Shown here: positions 1-11,934 of the stretch, piece after piece
Layout of the letters: every line of letters begins with the position of its first letter
Position numbering within the stretch: position 1 is the first letter of the stretch
Origin: Azolla caroliniana
Lineage: Eukaryota > Plantae > Polypodiophyta
Direction of reading: 5' to 3'
Assembly (NCBI GenBank): GCA_043228905.1
Contig: JBHGNT010000001.1
Span: forward strand, 27,900,001-27,964,000
DNA length: 64,000 nt
Notes under the pieces: model-generated
The model's database searches: none
What the model was told of the DNA's origin: nothing
Seen by the model: the letters and a program-made list of their open reading frames with translations, nothing else
Translations under genes and position numbers: made by a program

Positions 1-534
1 TTTCCAACAAGGAGCCGACTTGATCCCGGTCCCGCTCGTCCACCGACTTGACGAACAGTAGGACCCGGCTCGTATCCAGAATGGTTCGGTCAAGCGCCGA
101 AAGGCGCGCAAAGCGTTCTTCAAACTCCCGGAGGAGTGCCGACGCGTTTCTTCCCTTGCCGGGGGACTCCACCCATTCCATGAAGTCCCGTTTCGAAAGC
201 CGGAGCGCGTCGTCCAGCCCGTATTTTTCTAGGAGTCGGCCTTCGAACTCCTCCCAGGTACGGCTCTCCGCCCGTACCTCGAGCACCTCCGCATGGATGA
301 TCGGCATCGCCACTCAAGGGAACCCAGCAAGTCGCCTCTCTTCCGGAATGTCCCGCATCAACATTTCTGCCCCATAGGACACCAAATACTTCGTGGCATC
401 CTTTCCGCTGAACCGGTCGATCGTACTGACGACCGCCTCAATGGCTCTGTCGAGGGCGCCGGTGCCCTCGCGTGCGCTCAATATCTGATCCACGGCCAAA
501 GCCATGGCCTCTGCAAGATCTGACCCCCTCATCT
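1..534 (-). pseudogene. Ty3/Gypsy gag N-terminal part (element A), one in-frame stop, runs off the window start
   Basis: MRGSDLAEAM...IDRFSGKDATKYL...LAGFP*VAMPIIHAEV...WEEFEGRLLEKY...EFEERFARLS. TGA at 314-316. Lies just downstream of a PBS and LTR, and is homologous to the gag at 11300-11900. Confidence 0.8.
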
Positions 535-554
535 TCTGCTCTTCTGCCGCCTCT

Positions 555-572
555 TTCACGTCGGGTTCACCA
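555..572 (-). promoter_or_regulatory. Primer-binding site complementary to the 3' end of plant tRNA-Trp
   Basis: Plus strand reads TTCACGTCGGGTTCACCA (matches the 3' end of plant tRNA-Trp including CCA), 3 nt from the LTR end at 576. Confidence 0.85.
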
Positions 573-575
573 AGA

Positions 576-1218
576 TGTCGAGGTATTCCTCGCGGATGCG
601 TGGAATGAGGCGGGGCCTCGGGGGTCTTGTACCGAAGAGCAAGAGACAAAGCAGAAGGGAAGGGACCCACTACGTGTGGGCGTAGATTCACAGGGACACG
701 GCCCTTCGACACAAAGACGCGAGTGGGACACGACGCAGAGAGACACGAATGTATGTATATATATATTAACAAGGACAAACAACAAGAAGCACGAAGTCGG
801 TTACAACCGAACAGGCCAGCGAACAGATGCCGATGCCTGTTCGTAAACGCTCAGAAAGAAAGGAGTAGGTTGGAGGTGCTGCCGGAAGCACTCGGGCATT
901 CCTCAGAGCAGCGCAAGCCTCCCGAAACCCTGCACAGAAAGAAGCTACGGAGTATGGAAGAGAGAGAAGCCTTCAGCCCACAACCCGACAGCACTTCGTC
1001 CTCTCTAACCGCGATCCCCCACTCCTCCTCGTCTCCCTCCTTTTATAGGCAAGAAAGGAGCCGTTTCCCATTAACTTCCTACCTACCGAATCTACCTACC
1101 TAGGATCTTCTATGTACCTAATTCTCTCTTATGTACTACATAAGACGCACGTGCATGAAGAGCCGGTTCCTACGCTCCGGTGCACCGATTCCGCTTGTGG
1201 ACGGTGTTCTTCACGACA
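576..1218 (-). mobile_element. 5' LTR of Gypsy element A
   Basis: TGTCG...CGACA termini. TATA (CCTATAAAA on -) near 1040-1049. Near-identical reverse-complement copy at 9987-10626. Outer flank is ACGG (=CCGT). Confidence 0.9.
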
Positions 1219-1686
1219 ACGGGGTCCTACTCACGCACACCGATGATAGCCACACGACTCGAAGAAACAAAAGGGGAAAGGGTAAGGAAAGAGACTCTGC
1301 TGGAAGCACACGGATTGTCCACGAAGCAGAGGCAGCGAACTCCCGACACCCGCAGAGAACAACGATTTGAGGAGAGAGAGCCCGGCACTCGGTTCTACAG
1401 TAGCACTTCGTCCTCGCCAACGTGCGATATCTTTCTCCCTCCTCACCTCCCCTTAAATAGTTCCCAAAAGGGGGTGCCCTTTCTCCCTAGTCAAATCGCT
1501 TTATTCCATGTCCCTTCTGACAGAGATACGCACAATCCCCTAATAAATGTGTACTACTTAGCATTTACATCAGCCGATCCATTTATGAATCAATATCAAT
1601 ATATCAATTCACGCTTCCATCCATGTGAGAGCCGGTTCATGCGCCTTTTTGTCCGATTCCGCCTATAGCCGGTTTTCTTCATGACA
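1219..1686 (-). mobile_element. Partial LTR (U3-R) of related Gypsy element B, interrupted by element A
   Basis: Minus strand starts TGTCATGAAGAAAACCGG...GCGGAATCGG, similar to the start of LTR A. TATA-like CTATTTAAG near 1452-1460. Outer flank is ACGG. Inserted into the integrase of element D. Confidence 0.75.
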
Positions 1687-2420
1687 ACGGCAGCATCCAC
1701 GGCCAAATTCGTGTACGAACATCTCTGGTGCCGTTATGGATGCCCAATTGAGCTCGTTAGTGACCAAGGTGGGCACTTTATAAACCATATAATACGCGAG
1801 CTTACGACACACTACGCGGTGGTAAATAAGAAAATTACACCATACTACCCGCAGGCAAACGGATTGGCAGAATCGACTAACAAAATTCTCCAAACAATCC
1901 TGAAGAAGATCGTCAACGAGAACCGCACTGATTGGGATGACAAGCTCCAGACTACACTATGGGCTTATCGCACTACATTCAAAACGAGCATTCAATCCAT
2001 CCCCTTTCGGATGGCTTTTGGTCTCGAAGCCGTTATGCCCATCGAGTTCCAAGTTCCGAGTCTCTGAGTTCAAGTTAAAGCACGTCTCCCCGAGGCCCAA
2101 TCTGAACGATTGAGGCTGGAACAACTCCTCGAACTTGGCGAGGACCGAGTAGCAAGCATGACCCAACTTGAACAGTGCTAACGACAATGGAAAGCCTTTT
2201 GTGGACCGACATTGGAAAGGATTGGAACAAGAACTAACCATAGGCAAACGTGACTCGGTGCTATGCCAGGAAAGTTACGATTTCGATGTACCACAGCCCC
2301 TTCTGGATTATTGACGAGTTTAACGGCACGTTCCAGCTCGGCACCCTCGCCGGGGAAATTGTCAAAAGTTGGGTGAATGGATTCCGACTGCGACCGTACC
2401 CAGGGAAATACCCCAGCCAA
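1687..2420 (+). pseudogene. Gypsy integrase C-terminal half (element D), with stops and frameshifts
   Basis: RYGCPIELVSDQGGHF...TPYYPQANGLAESTNK...WDDKL...LWAYRT and the GPY/F-type tail SPFWI...FQLGTLAGE...VNGFRLRPY, typical of non-chromovirus Gypsy integrases. Confidence 0.9.
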
Positions 2421-2570
2421 CCCTTTCACCAAGTCTCACGGCACGGACAATGCCACGAAGGAGGCCACGCGTCCCCCTCGGTAAGAACCCACCAACATTC
2501 CAAAGTAGACATTAGGTAGGATTAGGCATAGTTTTAGCAATTAGTTAGTTCCACCTACACCACCTACCAC

Positions 2571-3668
2571 TAGGGATTGGCAACGGCTCGGCTCAAGCCT
2601 AAACCATTTGGCTTTGCCGGCTTGAAAACGGCTTGGCGGCTTGGCGGCTCGGCTCGGCTCGGTTTAGGCTTGAACTTGCCTTAACGGTTTGAGCTCGGCT
2701 CGGCTTGGCTTGAGCCTCGCCAAACTGGCTCAAGCCGGCTAAGCCAACTAAACCGTTTAAGCCGTTTATAAACTTTAGAGAGAGGGGGAGAGAGACAACA
2801 GACAAGGGGAAAGAGAGAGAGAGAGAGAGAGAGAGTGAGGGAGACTAAACAGACGATGGGAGAGAGGGAGTGAGGGAGACTAAACAGACGATGGGAGAGA
2901 GAGAGTGAGGGAGGGAGAACTACACAAACGTGGAGAGAGAGAGAGAGGGAGGGAGACAACATATAAGGAGAGAGAGAGAGAGAGAGAGAGAGACTACAGA
3001 GATAAGGAGAGAGAGAGAGAGAGGGGGAGGGAGACAACATAAGGAGAGAGAGAGAGAGAGACTACATAGAGGGGAGAGAGAGAGAGTGACTACACAGAGG
3101 GGAGAGAGAGAGAGAGAGAGACTACATAGAGAGGAGAGAGAGAGAGAGAGACTACACAAAGGGGAGAGAGAGAGAGAGAGAGGAACTACATAGAGGAGAG
3201 AAAGAGAGAGACTACATAGAGGGGAGAGAGAGAGAGAGAGAGAGGAACTACATAGAGGGGAGAGAGAGAGAGAGAGGGAGAGAGTCGAGACCACAGACGT
3301 GAGAGAGAGTGGGAGGGAGAGCTTGTACAATGTATAGTATATAGTGGATCATCTAAGAGAGAGAGAGAGAGGGAGAGAGTCGAGACCACAGACGTGAGAG
3401 AGAGTGGGAGGGAGAGCTTGTACAATGTATAGTATATAGTGGATCATCTGAGAGAGAGAGAGGGAGGGAGGGAGGTTTCTAAACCGGTTTCCAAGCCGGT
3501 TTGGAAACCGGTTTACAAGCCGTTTACCAAACCGGTTCAACCGGTTTGTGAACCGGCTCGGCTCGGTTCGGCTCAAGTTTGAGATCCCGTAAACGGTTTA
3601 GGCTTAGCCAGTTTGACTTGGATCAGGCCAAACCGGCTAAGCCTAAACCGAACCGTTGCCGATCCCTA
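2571..3668. mobile_element. Non-autonomous hAT element with a (GA)n-rich interior
   Basis: TIRs TAGGGATTGGCAACGG / CCGTTGCCGATCCCTA. 8-bp TSD CCTACCAC at 2563-2570 and 3669-3676. Subterminal AAACCG/GGCTC repeats. Confidence 0.92.
2775..3475. repeat. (GA)n-based compound microsatellite/minisatellite inside the hAT element
   Basis: GA runs punctuated by ACTACA(C/T)AGAGGG units, plus a ~90-bp direct duplication near 3280-3460. Confidence 0.9.
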
Positions 3669-4264
3669 CCTACCACATCACCCAAATCACGTCATGTTTA
3701 GAGGCACACATTAGTCACTTTCACATTCACTTAAGTATTTAAAGGCACATGCACAGCATCCAAGGCAAAGCACTAACTCCCTAGGACACGTGGCCATAAT
3801 ATCCTATTATGGCATCCACGCCCAAGAACCTCCAGGCTCCTCTTCATGCACAAAACCCTAGGCGTTCGCTAAAAAACAGTTACCCCAAGCCCACCCCACA
3901 CAGAGACGTTTTCTTGCACACCCAGCTTTCATCCCTCCCACGCTCTCAAGCCTCCTCTCGCTCTCAACGCGTTCATCACTCCCACCGCTCTTGCTCACAA
4001 GCCCTCTCTTGTCCTCGTAGCCCCTCTGCCGCACCACAACCATCTCCTTCCCTCACTCTGTCTCGGCCTGGTCGAATCCTCCTTCCCCAATCTTCCACAC
4101 AGTAGAACCCCGAGTCCATTATGCCTCTGGCAGCTTCACAGGAAACCCGCTCCTAGCTTCAAGAATGAGGATTGGGTGGTTATTTAAAGGTTATCAATGC
4201 CCTTGCACACCCTGATTCCCAAGCGGTCGCACGCTGAATCCACCTGGACACAGTCACCAACAAT

Positions 4265-6857
4265 ATGATTCGTGCTGCCTTGGACCTGAAGCGAGGAGGT
4301 GATAGTGAGGTCGAGATTCCCCCTTCCACGACCTTGAAGGAATACTTTGGTGCGTATTCCATATCTGGTAAAGCCTATCGCACCTACGGTGGATCCAACA
4401 AGGCATTCGGAGAACTCGCTCGCATCCTGATGGAGTACACGTTCGTGCATACCAACCCTACAAGTATGCCACAAAGCAAAGCGGCGATCATTATCAGTGC
4501 CTACGAGGGAAACAAAATCGACTGGGGAATCATTATAGGCGAAGGAATCCGCGCGGCGCTCGAATCCTTCCAAACCGGTAAGCGTTTGTTGCCTGTGATC
4601 AATCACTTCCTTACAGTCCTCTACCCACCTCCTTCGGTTTCCCCTCGTCGCATACTGACCTCTCCACCACCACCAAGGAAACAACGGGAGAAGATTTTGG
4701 AGATAACTCAGGAAGAATGGGAAGACTCCTCGTCTTCTCCACCTCCCTCAGGCGTTCGGAACCCCACTTCCGCCTCGACCCCACCCCCACCAAAAACACA
4801 AAAACAACGGGCGGTAACAACAACCCGTGTCAAATGGGATGAGGCCGAGGAGGCCATCCCCGAGGATGTCACCATACGCCAGAGGCCACCAAGGACATCA
4901 ATGACCTCTCCACAACCAAGCCCTCGGCCCACAAGCCAGCAACCCTTGGCCATCCGGCAGGAAAAGAGGAAACAGGCCGAAGGGCCAACACCACCAGCCT
5001 CGGACGCACAGGATCAACCGCCAAAAAGACAGCGCATCATTCGAGAGGCAACCACAGAAACTGAAGGCGACCAACGTCAGAAATCAAAAGAGGCCAGCTC
5101 CACCTCCGTAGACATAGTACCAGCGGAGTCATGGCTCCAAGTCGGTACGATCGAGCATGGACAAACCACGCAGATATCAGAGGAGGAAGTCCTCGGTTAC
5201 AAAGATCTCCCCGCGGAGGCATACGAGTTCAGTGCACTACTTCGACTAGGCACAACTTACGAGTTAATGGATTTCCTTGCACGCGCCCAAGTAGCTGCCG
5301 CCGCTCGTATGGCCGAGGAGCACGCCCAAACAAAGATGATTCAACGCGCTCTAATGGGTGAAATCGAACCTCATGAGGATCGAGCCTTACAGAAGATAGG
5401 ACGGAAGAAGCAAGTACAGAATGCTTCGCTCCTCATGGAACTACTGGATCTGAACATGGCCTTAGTCGAGGCATATCGCAATCTACACCACACTACTCGA
5501 GCAGCCAAGGACATGGCCCGACATATCAAAATGGCGCATCAGCAAGCCAAACGGGCTACCAACCTATGGCAAGACGCAGATGAGAAACTAGCGACATTCA
5601 CGCAGCAACAACCGCCCTTAATCCTCCTTGCGTCGAGTGACGTTGTCTCACCAGCCACTCTTCCGAACCCAAGCCTGAGTGTTAAAGGTACCGTCACACA
5701 CAAAGATGACACCGCCCACCCCAAGGTAGCCACGGCTAAGGCCAGCACAATGACGGACTCGGTACAGACAAGTGAGCCATCGTCACGGGCAGATATTACC
5801 CCGGACCCCCAAACCAGCCAAGCCTCCACACAAATGCCACCACCTCCGGTCTTCATGGAACGAGCGACACAGACAGACAGGGAGTCTTCGGCCCAAATCC
5901 AGCAAGCAGCAACCCAGACAGGGCCTCCCCTTAGGGACTACCAGGAGGAGCTTCAGGCCCAGATCGCTCTGGCCGAGTTGGCAAAACAAAACCACAACAA
6001 CATTCTTGGCCAGCTACAGGAACAAGCCGCGAGCCGCGAAGCGAACCTCAAGCGACTGCTTGCTAAAAGGTCGGTCGTGCTTGAAGCACGAGAACGAGAG
6101 GTGATGACCCTCCAGGTCTCTATCACTGAGGCTAAAGAACGTTTCATCAAAGAAACCGAACGGAATAGCCAACGGGAACATGAGCTCTTCGCAGACAACC
6201 AAGAATTACAATGTCATCAAAGAGCCTTCCAGGACATGGCCAACGAACATATGCAAAAGTGGAGGATCTTAGAGGAGCAACGAGCAAAAATTTCAAATGC
6301 ATATCACCAGTTGCAAACCGAGCACATCGCCATCAAAGAACAACACTGGGACGCTTGGCGACAGGATAGGGATGAAACTATAGCTCAGCTCACCAACCGT
6401 TATGAGCAGACCATCATGCTCATCACTGAAAAAGCAAAAGATAATCAAGCTACTTTAGCACTCTTCGCCCGCAAAAGCCAAGCCCGCAAGGGAGGCACTA
6501 GAAGTTCACCGCGCGAGCATCGGCATGGACAATACCAAAATCAAGACCCTAATCAACAAGTATCGCCAGCAATTCACCACGAAGATAAAAGAAACGCTTG
6601 ACCATGTCTGGCAGGGGTGGTCAGCCCAAGCCGCGGACCTACACATATTACGCGCGGATGCCGAGAACCGACGGAAGGAGGGCCGAGGGTTTTACAAGAT
6701 GGATGACACCAGCATCCAAACCCTCCGTGAAGACTTAACGGAAGAATATCATACCTTGGCAACATCCCACACCGCGGCCATCAAGCAACTCTTGGAGGAA
6801 TTCAACGACCATCTAATGGTGTTTCGTTTAGAAGCCAAAGCATACGAGGAGGAATGA
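4265..6857 (+). CDS. Extra 3' ORF of Gypsy element D (778-aa ORF, continued by frameshift into 6525-6857), function unknown
   Basis: Long ORF between the integrase and the PPT/3' LTR. Globular N-terminus (NKIDWGIIIGEGI), Pro/Ser/Thr-rich linker, long Q/E/A/L coiled-coil-like C-terminus. Confidence 0.65.
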
Positions 6858-7506
6858 ATCGCTACCGGGAGTCACAAAGCTCCCACAAACACTGAGCAAG
6901 GAACCGAGTCACTCCCCACGGTAGCTCGACCGGAAGAACCTGCCCTTACCGACCTCCACATCCCAACCGAGCCACTCACCACGGCAGTTAGACCGGAGGA
7001 ACCTACCCCTACAGACGTCCACATCCCACCGGAGCCACAGACTATAACCCTGACCCTGCCTGAATCAGTCCCAACAGAGGAGGGCACACACGACGACACC
7101 GCCATCCCCGACTCGGCAACACAACCACCATCACCAACCCCACCTACCAAGCAGCCAGCCCAACCCCACGCCCCCGAGGATATCCTCGGCATATTGGAAG
7201 AGGAATAAAACCAACCTATAAGCCCTCGTAGGAACGGCCAATTTTTGTAATTTGTGTTGTTTTGCCAAATCCATGGTGAACCATGGGTCCGATAGACAAA
7301 GTCCTATCCCACGGGCGTGCCAGGTGTTGTCCATAGGCTAGAAATATAAATTAATTAAATGTAATACGTCGGTAGGTAAGGCGAGTAGGTAAGGTAGAGT
7401 TTGGTAAACGCCGAGTTTCGAGCCTCACAGTCAGCCGACCGCTCGGCTCTGTATGAAGAAAAAGAAAAAGTATATAAACCGAAGTTTGCGTACCTCGGTA
7501 GGGGGG

Positions 7507-7789
7507 AGATATCTAGAGCCTAGGCAAGGTCGTTTCATAGATATAAGAGCTTTGTAAGGTCACCGGCCATGGGCCGTGTTTTTGTAATCATCGCTAACTG
7601 TTTGCAATAATACATATCTATTAGCTCTTGTTGTTTTCGTCTGTGTGCCGTCGTTTCTAAGGTCTCAACTACATATACGACTCGGGCTCTATTACGGGTA
7701 TGCTCTCCATTTTCTTCCCCTAACGACGCCTCCATGCGCAAGTCTTCACGTTACACTTCCCTTGATACCGATAGCTTGTAGGCATATCA
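7507..7789 (+). mobile_element. Probable 3' LTR of element D, preceded by a polypurine tract
   Basis: PPT AGGGGGG at 7500-7506. Termini (A)GATAT...ATATCA. TATA-like ATATAAG at 7541. Unrelated sequence resumes at 7790. Confidence 0.6.
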
Positions 7790-7814
7790 AAGGTGTTTCC
7801 AACAGAACAGTTAA

Positions 7815-7990
7815 CATGAGCGACCATGTGCGGTCCTCACCAGAGACGCGAACACCAAAGGGCATGAGCGACCATGTGCGGTGCTCACCGGAGACGTGAA
7901 CACCAAAGGGCGTGAGCGACCATGTGCAGTCATCACCGGAGACACGAACACCAACAGATGTGAGCAACCCTGCACGGTCCTCACCGGGAA
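7815..7990. repeat. 48-bp tandem repeat, about 3.6 copies
   Basis: CATGAGCGACCATGTGCGGTCCTCACCAGAGACGCGAACACCAAAGGG units start at 7815, 7863, 7911 and 7959. Confidence 0.9.
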
Positions 7991-8612
7991 CTGGAACACT
8001 TGACGACAATGACGGCTAGGCAAAGTAGTGTTGATGATGACAACAAGAGGGTTGAAGATGATGATGTCAAAGGTGAAACAATGAAGGCAATGATGTTGAC
8101 TAGGCGACTTTGGAAGCAACGACTTTGACTATGGCAATGATGGAAGCGGAGAAAGAGATGAAGAGGATAAGAAACATAGAGATCGAGATGTTGAGGTTCT
8201 GAAGAAACACAAAGACACATATACAAAGGATGATAGAAAACACAAAGACAGGGATGAAGCTGATAGGAAACGCAGAGAAAGGGACGATGATAATAAGAAA
8301 CACATAAATAGAAATGAAAACGGTAGGAAACACAAGGAGAAGCATGACAATGACAAAAAATGCAAAGATAGGGATGTGGAAGATGATAAGGAGTGCAAAG
8401 ATAGAGATGATGATGAGAAGGAACTAGGAGATAGAGATGTGAAGGATGAGAAGAATCTAAAAGACAAAGACGATGATGAGAAGAAACTAAGAGACAGAGA
8501 TGGCAAGGAAGATAGAAAACAAAGGGATGTTGATGATGGTAACTCTAGAACCAATGACGGTGACAATGGTAACTCCAGAAGCAAGGGCGATGACGAAGAC
8601 GGGTTCACCAAA

Positions 8613-9331
8613 TGATGTCGCGAAGATGCGCGTGCATGTGTCGCTCGAACGGGACCACCGGAGTCTTTGACCAGGGAGGACGTTTACCAAGTTATCGAGA
8701 AACAATGTTACCCTTGAAAAGATCAAAAGATTGATGATTATAAGAAGTACAATAAGAAGTATCAAAGATGAAAGAAGATGAACAATAGAAGTATAATTAT
8801 AACAAGAATTTTATATTGATGCTGATTGTTGAGAATCAAGCTCAACATAGCACAACGTGTGAACACACCTTTTGAGAATCCATGATTACTCAAAAGTCAA
8901 GAGTCACACCACTACTCTCTACACATTAACTATGTGTCATAGAATCATATTCTATGACACATAACTAATGAGTTACACATTCCCCATGACTATGAGTCTT
9001 CACATTCCCCAAGAGAGAGAGTGGTTGTTGTAAAGTTAATGAAGAGAGAGGGTGACTCTATATAAAGCACCCTCCTCATACTTCATACTAAGTCGGGAGT
9101 GACTCCTTGTTATGCTACACTTTGTAAATCTCATTCTACTTGTGAAATATACACCTTCTTCTTGAGTATTCTATTTTCCTATCATTTACCTATCTTGATT
9201 TCTCTTTCCTCGTCATTCTTCTTCTCTCACACATATACGCACATAACACACATCTATTCCGCTACACAAGAATCACCATTGATTCTTTACAATGATGATG
9301 ACGATGGTGATTATCACCTATTGATCCCCCC
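8613..9331 (-). mobile_element. Element C LTR copy lacking U3, interrupted by a solo LTR and followed by a second PBS
   Basis: 8613-8826 and 9292-9331 match 11935-12187. PBS-like CGGGTTCACCA at 8600-8610. Joins the internal region at a C6 run (PPT on -). Confidence 0.8.
8827..9291 (+). mobile_element. Solo LTR inserted in a (GAT)n tract
   Basis: TGTTGAGAATCAA...TTGATTCTTTACA termini. 5-bp TSD CTGAT/ATGAT. TATA CTATATAAAG near 9058. Absent from the sister LTR at about 12140. Confidence 0.85.
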
Positions 9332-11934
9332 TTGAGCATAACCTTTCACAATTTGTGTATGTGCCACCTGCATCTTGTCTATCTCCTTGGTCAAGAAACT
9401 TCGATCCTTCATTCTTTCTCGTCCCCTGCTTGCCTTCACAAGACCTCATTCGAATGTCGATGTTGACTACCCATTGTAGTCCCTTCAAGCACATGCTCAT
9501 CTTGGGGTCTCTAAGAGACCATATTGCATGCTTCTCTTTCTTCCATTCGTTGTGGTAAACTCTCGCTTTTGAGTTGACCATCGTACCTTTGAACTTCATG
9601 CTAGTTTCCTCCCTCATGTTAAAAGACATTATCACTTCCCGAGGTACACCTTTCAAATCCTCTTGGCGTGTTTTGTTGTCATTGTCCATTGTCGCACTTT
9701 CTTTGGCCTCTTTGTTGTGCACATCCGCTTTCCTCGTTGTGCTTTGTTTGGTGTCTTCATTGCACACACCGGCTTCATCCTTCACTTCCTCGCAGCCACC
9801 TTCCATCTCTTTGGTCTCATGTTGGCTCCCGGACGCAACTGTCGAAGTCTCTAGAACAAGTGTGGAGGAATCCTCTCCATGGTCCTTGCTCGTTCTTGCC
9901 ATCTTCGGGCCAATGTCATTGTTTGTGGCTATGTTCCCATCATGTGCATCAGCTCCGGCCTTCGCTTCCTCGTCGCCACCTTCCGTTGTCGTGAAGAAAA
10001 CCGTCCACAAGCGGAATCGGTGCACCGGAGCATAGGAACCGGCTCTTCATGCACGTACGCCTTGTGTTGTACATAGGAGAGAATTAGGGACATGGGAGAT
10101 CCTAGGTAGGTAGATTCGGTAGGTAGGAAGTTAATAGGAAACGGCTCCTTCCTTGCCTATAAAAGGAGGGAGACGAGGAGGGGCTAGGGATCGCGAAGTA
10201 AGAGAGGACGAAGTGTTGTCGGATTGTGGGCCGAAGGCTTCTCTCTCTTCCAAACTCCATAGCTTCTTTCTGCGCAGGTTTCGGGAGGCTCGCGCTGCTC
10301 TGAGGAATGCCCGAGTGCTTCCGGCAGCACCTCCAACCTACTCCTTTCTTTCTGTGCGTTTACGAACAGGCATCGGCATCTATTCGCCGGCTTGTTCGGT
10401 TGTAACTGACTTCGCGTTCTTGTTGTTTGTCTTTGTTAATACATACATACTTTTGTGTCTATCTGTGTCGTTGTCCCACTCGCATCTTTGTGTCGAAGGG
10501 CCGTGTCCCTGCGAATCTACGCTCGCACGTAGTGGGTTTCTTCCCTTCTCCTTTCTCTCTTGCTCTTCGGTACAAGACCCCCGAGGTCCCGCCTCATTCC
10601 ACGCATCCGCGAGGAATACCTCCACACCGTCTCTTGGGTCTCACGTTGATTCTCGGATGCAACTGCCCAAGTCTTTAGAACAAGTGTGGAGGATTCCATA
10701 CGCCTTTGGTCGATTACCTTTGCCATGTTGTCCATAGCCATCTCCTTGATGTCGTTTTTCGTGATTACCACCTTAATCATGTGGACCTCGCACTCTTTAT
10801 CCTCCTTGATCATGCAAGCTTCTACTAGGCTTGCTCCTTCATCACCCGACGTTTCGAACATGACGCATGTTCTGAAACATTCTTCCTCCCTTGGACTGGC
10901 GTTTGCCGTCCTCGATTCATTGGTTTCATCCTTCTCTGTTGTTTCTTTCCAAGATGAGAAGATGATTTGTTTTGCATTTTCTCTTGTAGTACCACCGTAC
11001 CGAACTTGAGCCTTTGAATCCACCACTTCCTTAATCTGCATTTGTGGAGAGGTCTCTTCTTCCTCAACCATCATTCACCTTAGTTTTTGTCCCTTTTGAA
11101 GTTTCTCTTTAGGCTCAACTTGTGCCTTTAAGTTCTCGAATGCCTCTCTCATAAAGACTTCTATGTCGAGCATCGTCGAACCTTCCCTCTTTGAGCTTGC
11201 TTCCTTCGGTGGTGGCATGTTGCTGCATCTTGTCCTCCTTCTATCGTCCCTCATCGGCCGTGACATTGTCGACAAGATTCCTATCCTCCTCTTGTCATGT
11301 CATTGGCATACCCTTTTCACTTCAGCCCAATTTTCAATGAGGCCGTTCACACCATGGTTGTCCTCGAGTTGGACTCCAATGGCCATCATGTTCTTCCGAT
11401 CAATCGACTTGACGAACATTAAGACTTTATTTGCCCCCACCAATCCTTGTTCCCACTCCGAGAGTTGAGTGAATCGACACTCAAACTCAATGAATGCATG
11501 CATAGCACTCTGGTGGGTCTTCCTCGATGACACCCATTGGTCAAACTTGTATAGACCTCGTCCCTTCGGCTCTTCATGATCATATGCCTCTCGTAAAGCT
11601 TCTTCGAAGGAAACCCACGAATCGTGAGCTTTTTGAAGTTCTTTCATATCTTTGTAGATTGGTTCAGCCACCACTCGACAAAAGTACTCCAGGCTCATTG
11701 CTTCATTCACACATCTTGAATCCATTTCGGCATTTTAGGCCTCTAGAAATTTTTGGACTTTGCCTCTGTCGAAACAGTTGACTCGCTCAACCATGCTTTC
11801 GATGGCTTGTTGGGCCGCATCTCGTCTTTTCCCTTCTCTTGAAAATTCCATTACCATCTTTGACATTGCCTCCATGAGATATTCCTCGTCCATCTTCATC
11901 CTCCCCTACTGCTCTTCACGTCGGGTTCACCAAA
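9332..11934 (-). mobile_element. Internal region of non-autonomous Gypsy element C: tRNA-Trp PBS, decayed gag and an E/K-rich tail, no pol
   Basis: PBS TTCACGTCGGGTTCACCA at 11915-11932. Gag MKMDEEYLMEAM...QQAIESMVERVNCFD...SWVSFEEALREAY...EFECRFTQLS...KVLMFVKSID. No PR/RT/INT motifs before the PPT at about 9326-9333. Confidence 0.8.
9987..10626 (+). mobile_element. Solo LTR of family A with a 4-bp TSD CCGT
   Basis: TGTCGTGAAG...TACCTCCACA, flanked by CCGT at 9983-9986 and 10627-10630. Removing it restores a match to the paralogous segment near 9790-9840. Confidence 0.93.

Noticed and set aside
555-572. tRNA-Trp gene (also at 11915-11932)
   Set aside because: Only the 3' 18 nt including CCA is present, next to an LTR, so it is a primer-binding site.
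2681-3576. SL-rich and ER-rich ORFs
   Set aside because: These are translations of the (GA)n microsatellite inside a hAT element.
7815-7990. 48-bp repeats as a CRISPR-like array
   Set aside because: Units are head-to-tail with no unique spacers, in a eukaryotic retroelement interior with no cas-like ORFs.
8100-8615. D/K/E-rich and S/L-rich ORFs as host genes
   Set aside because: Low-complexity repeats with stops directly behind a PBS. No domain motif or exon structure.
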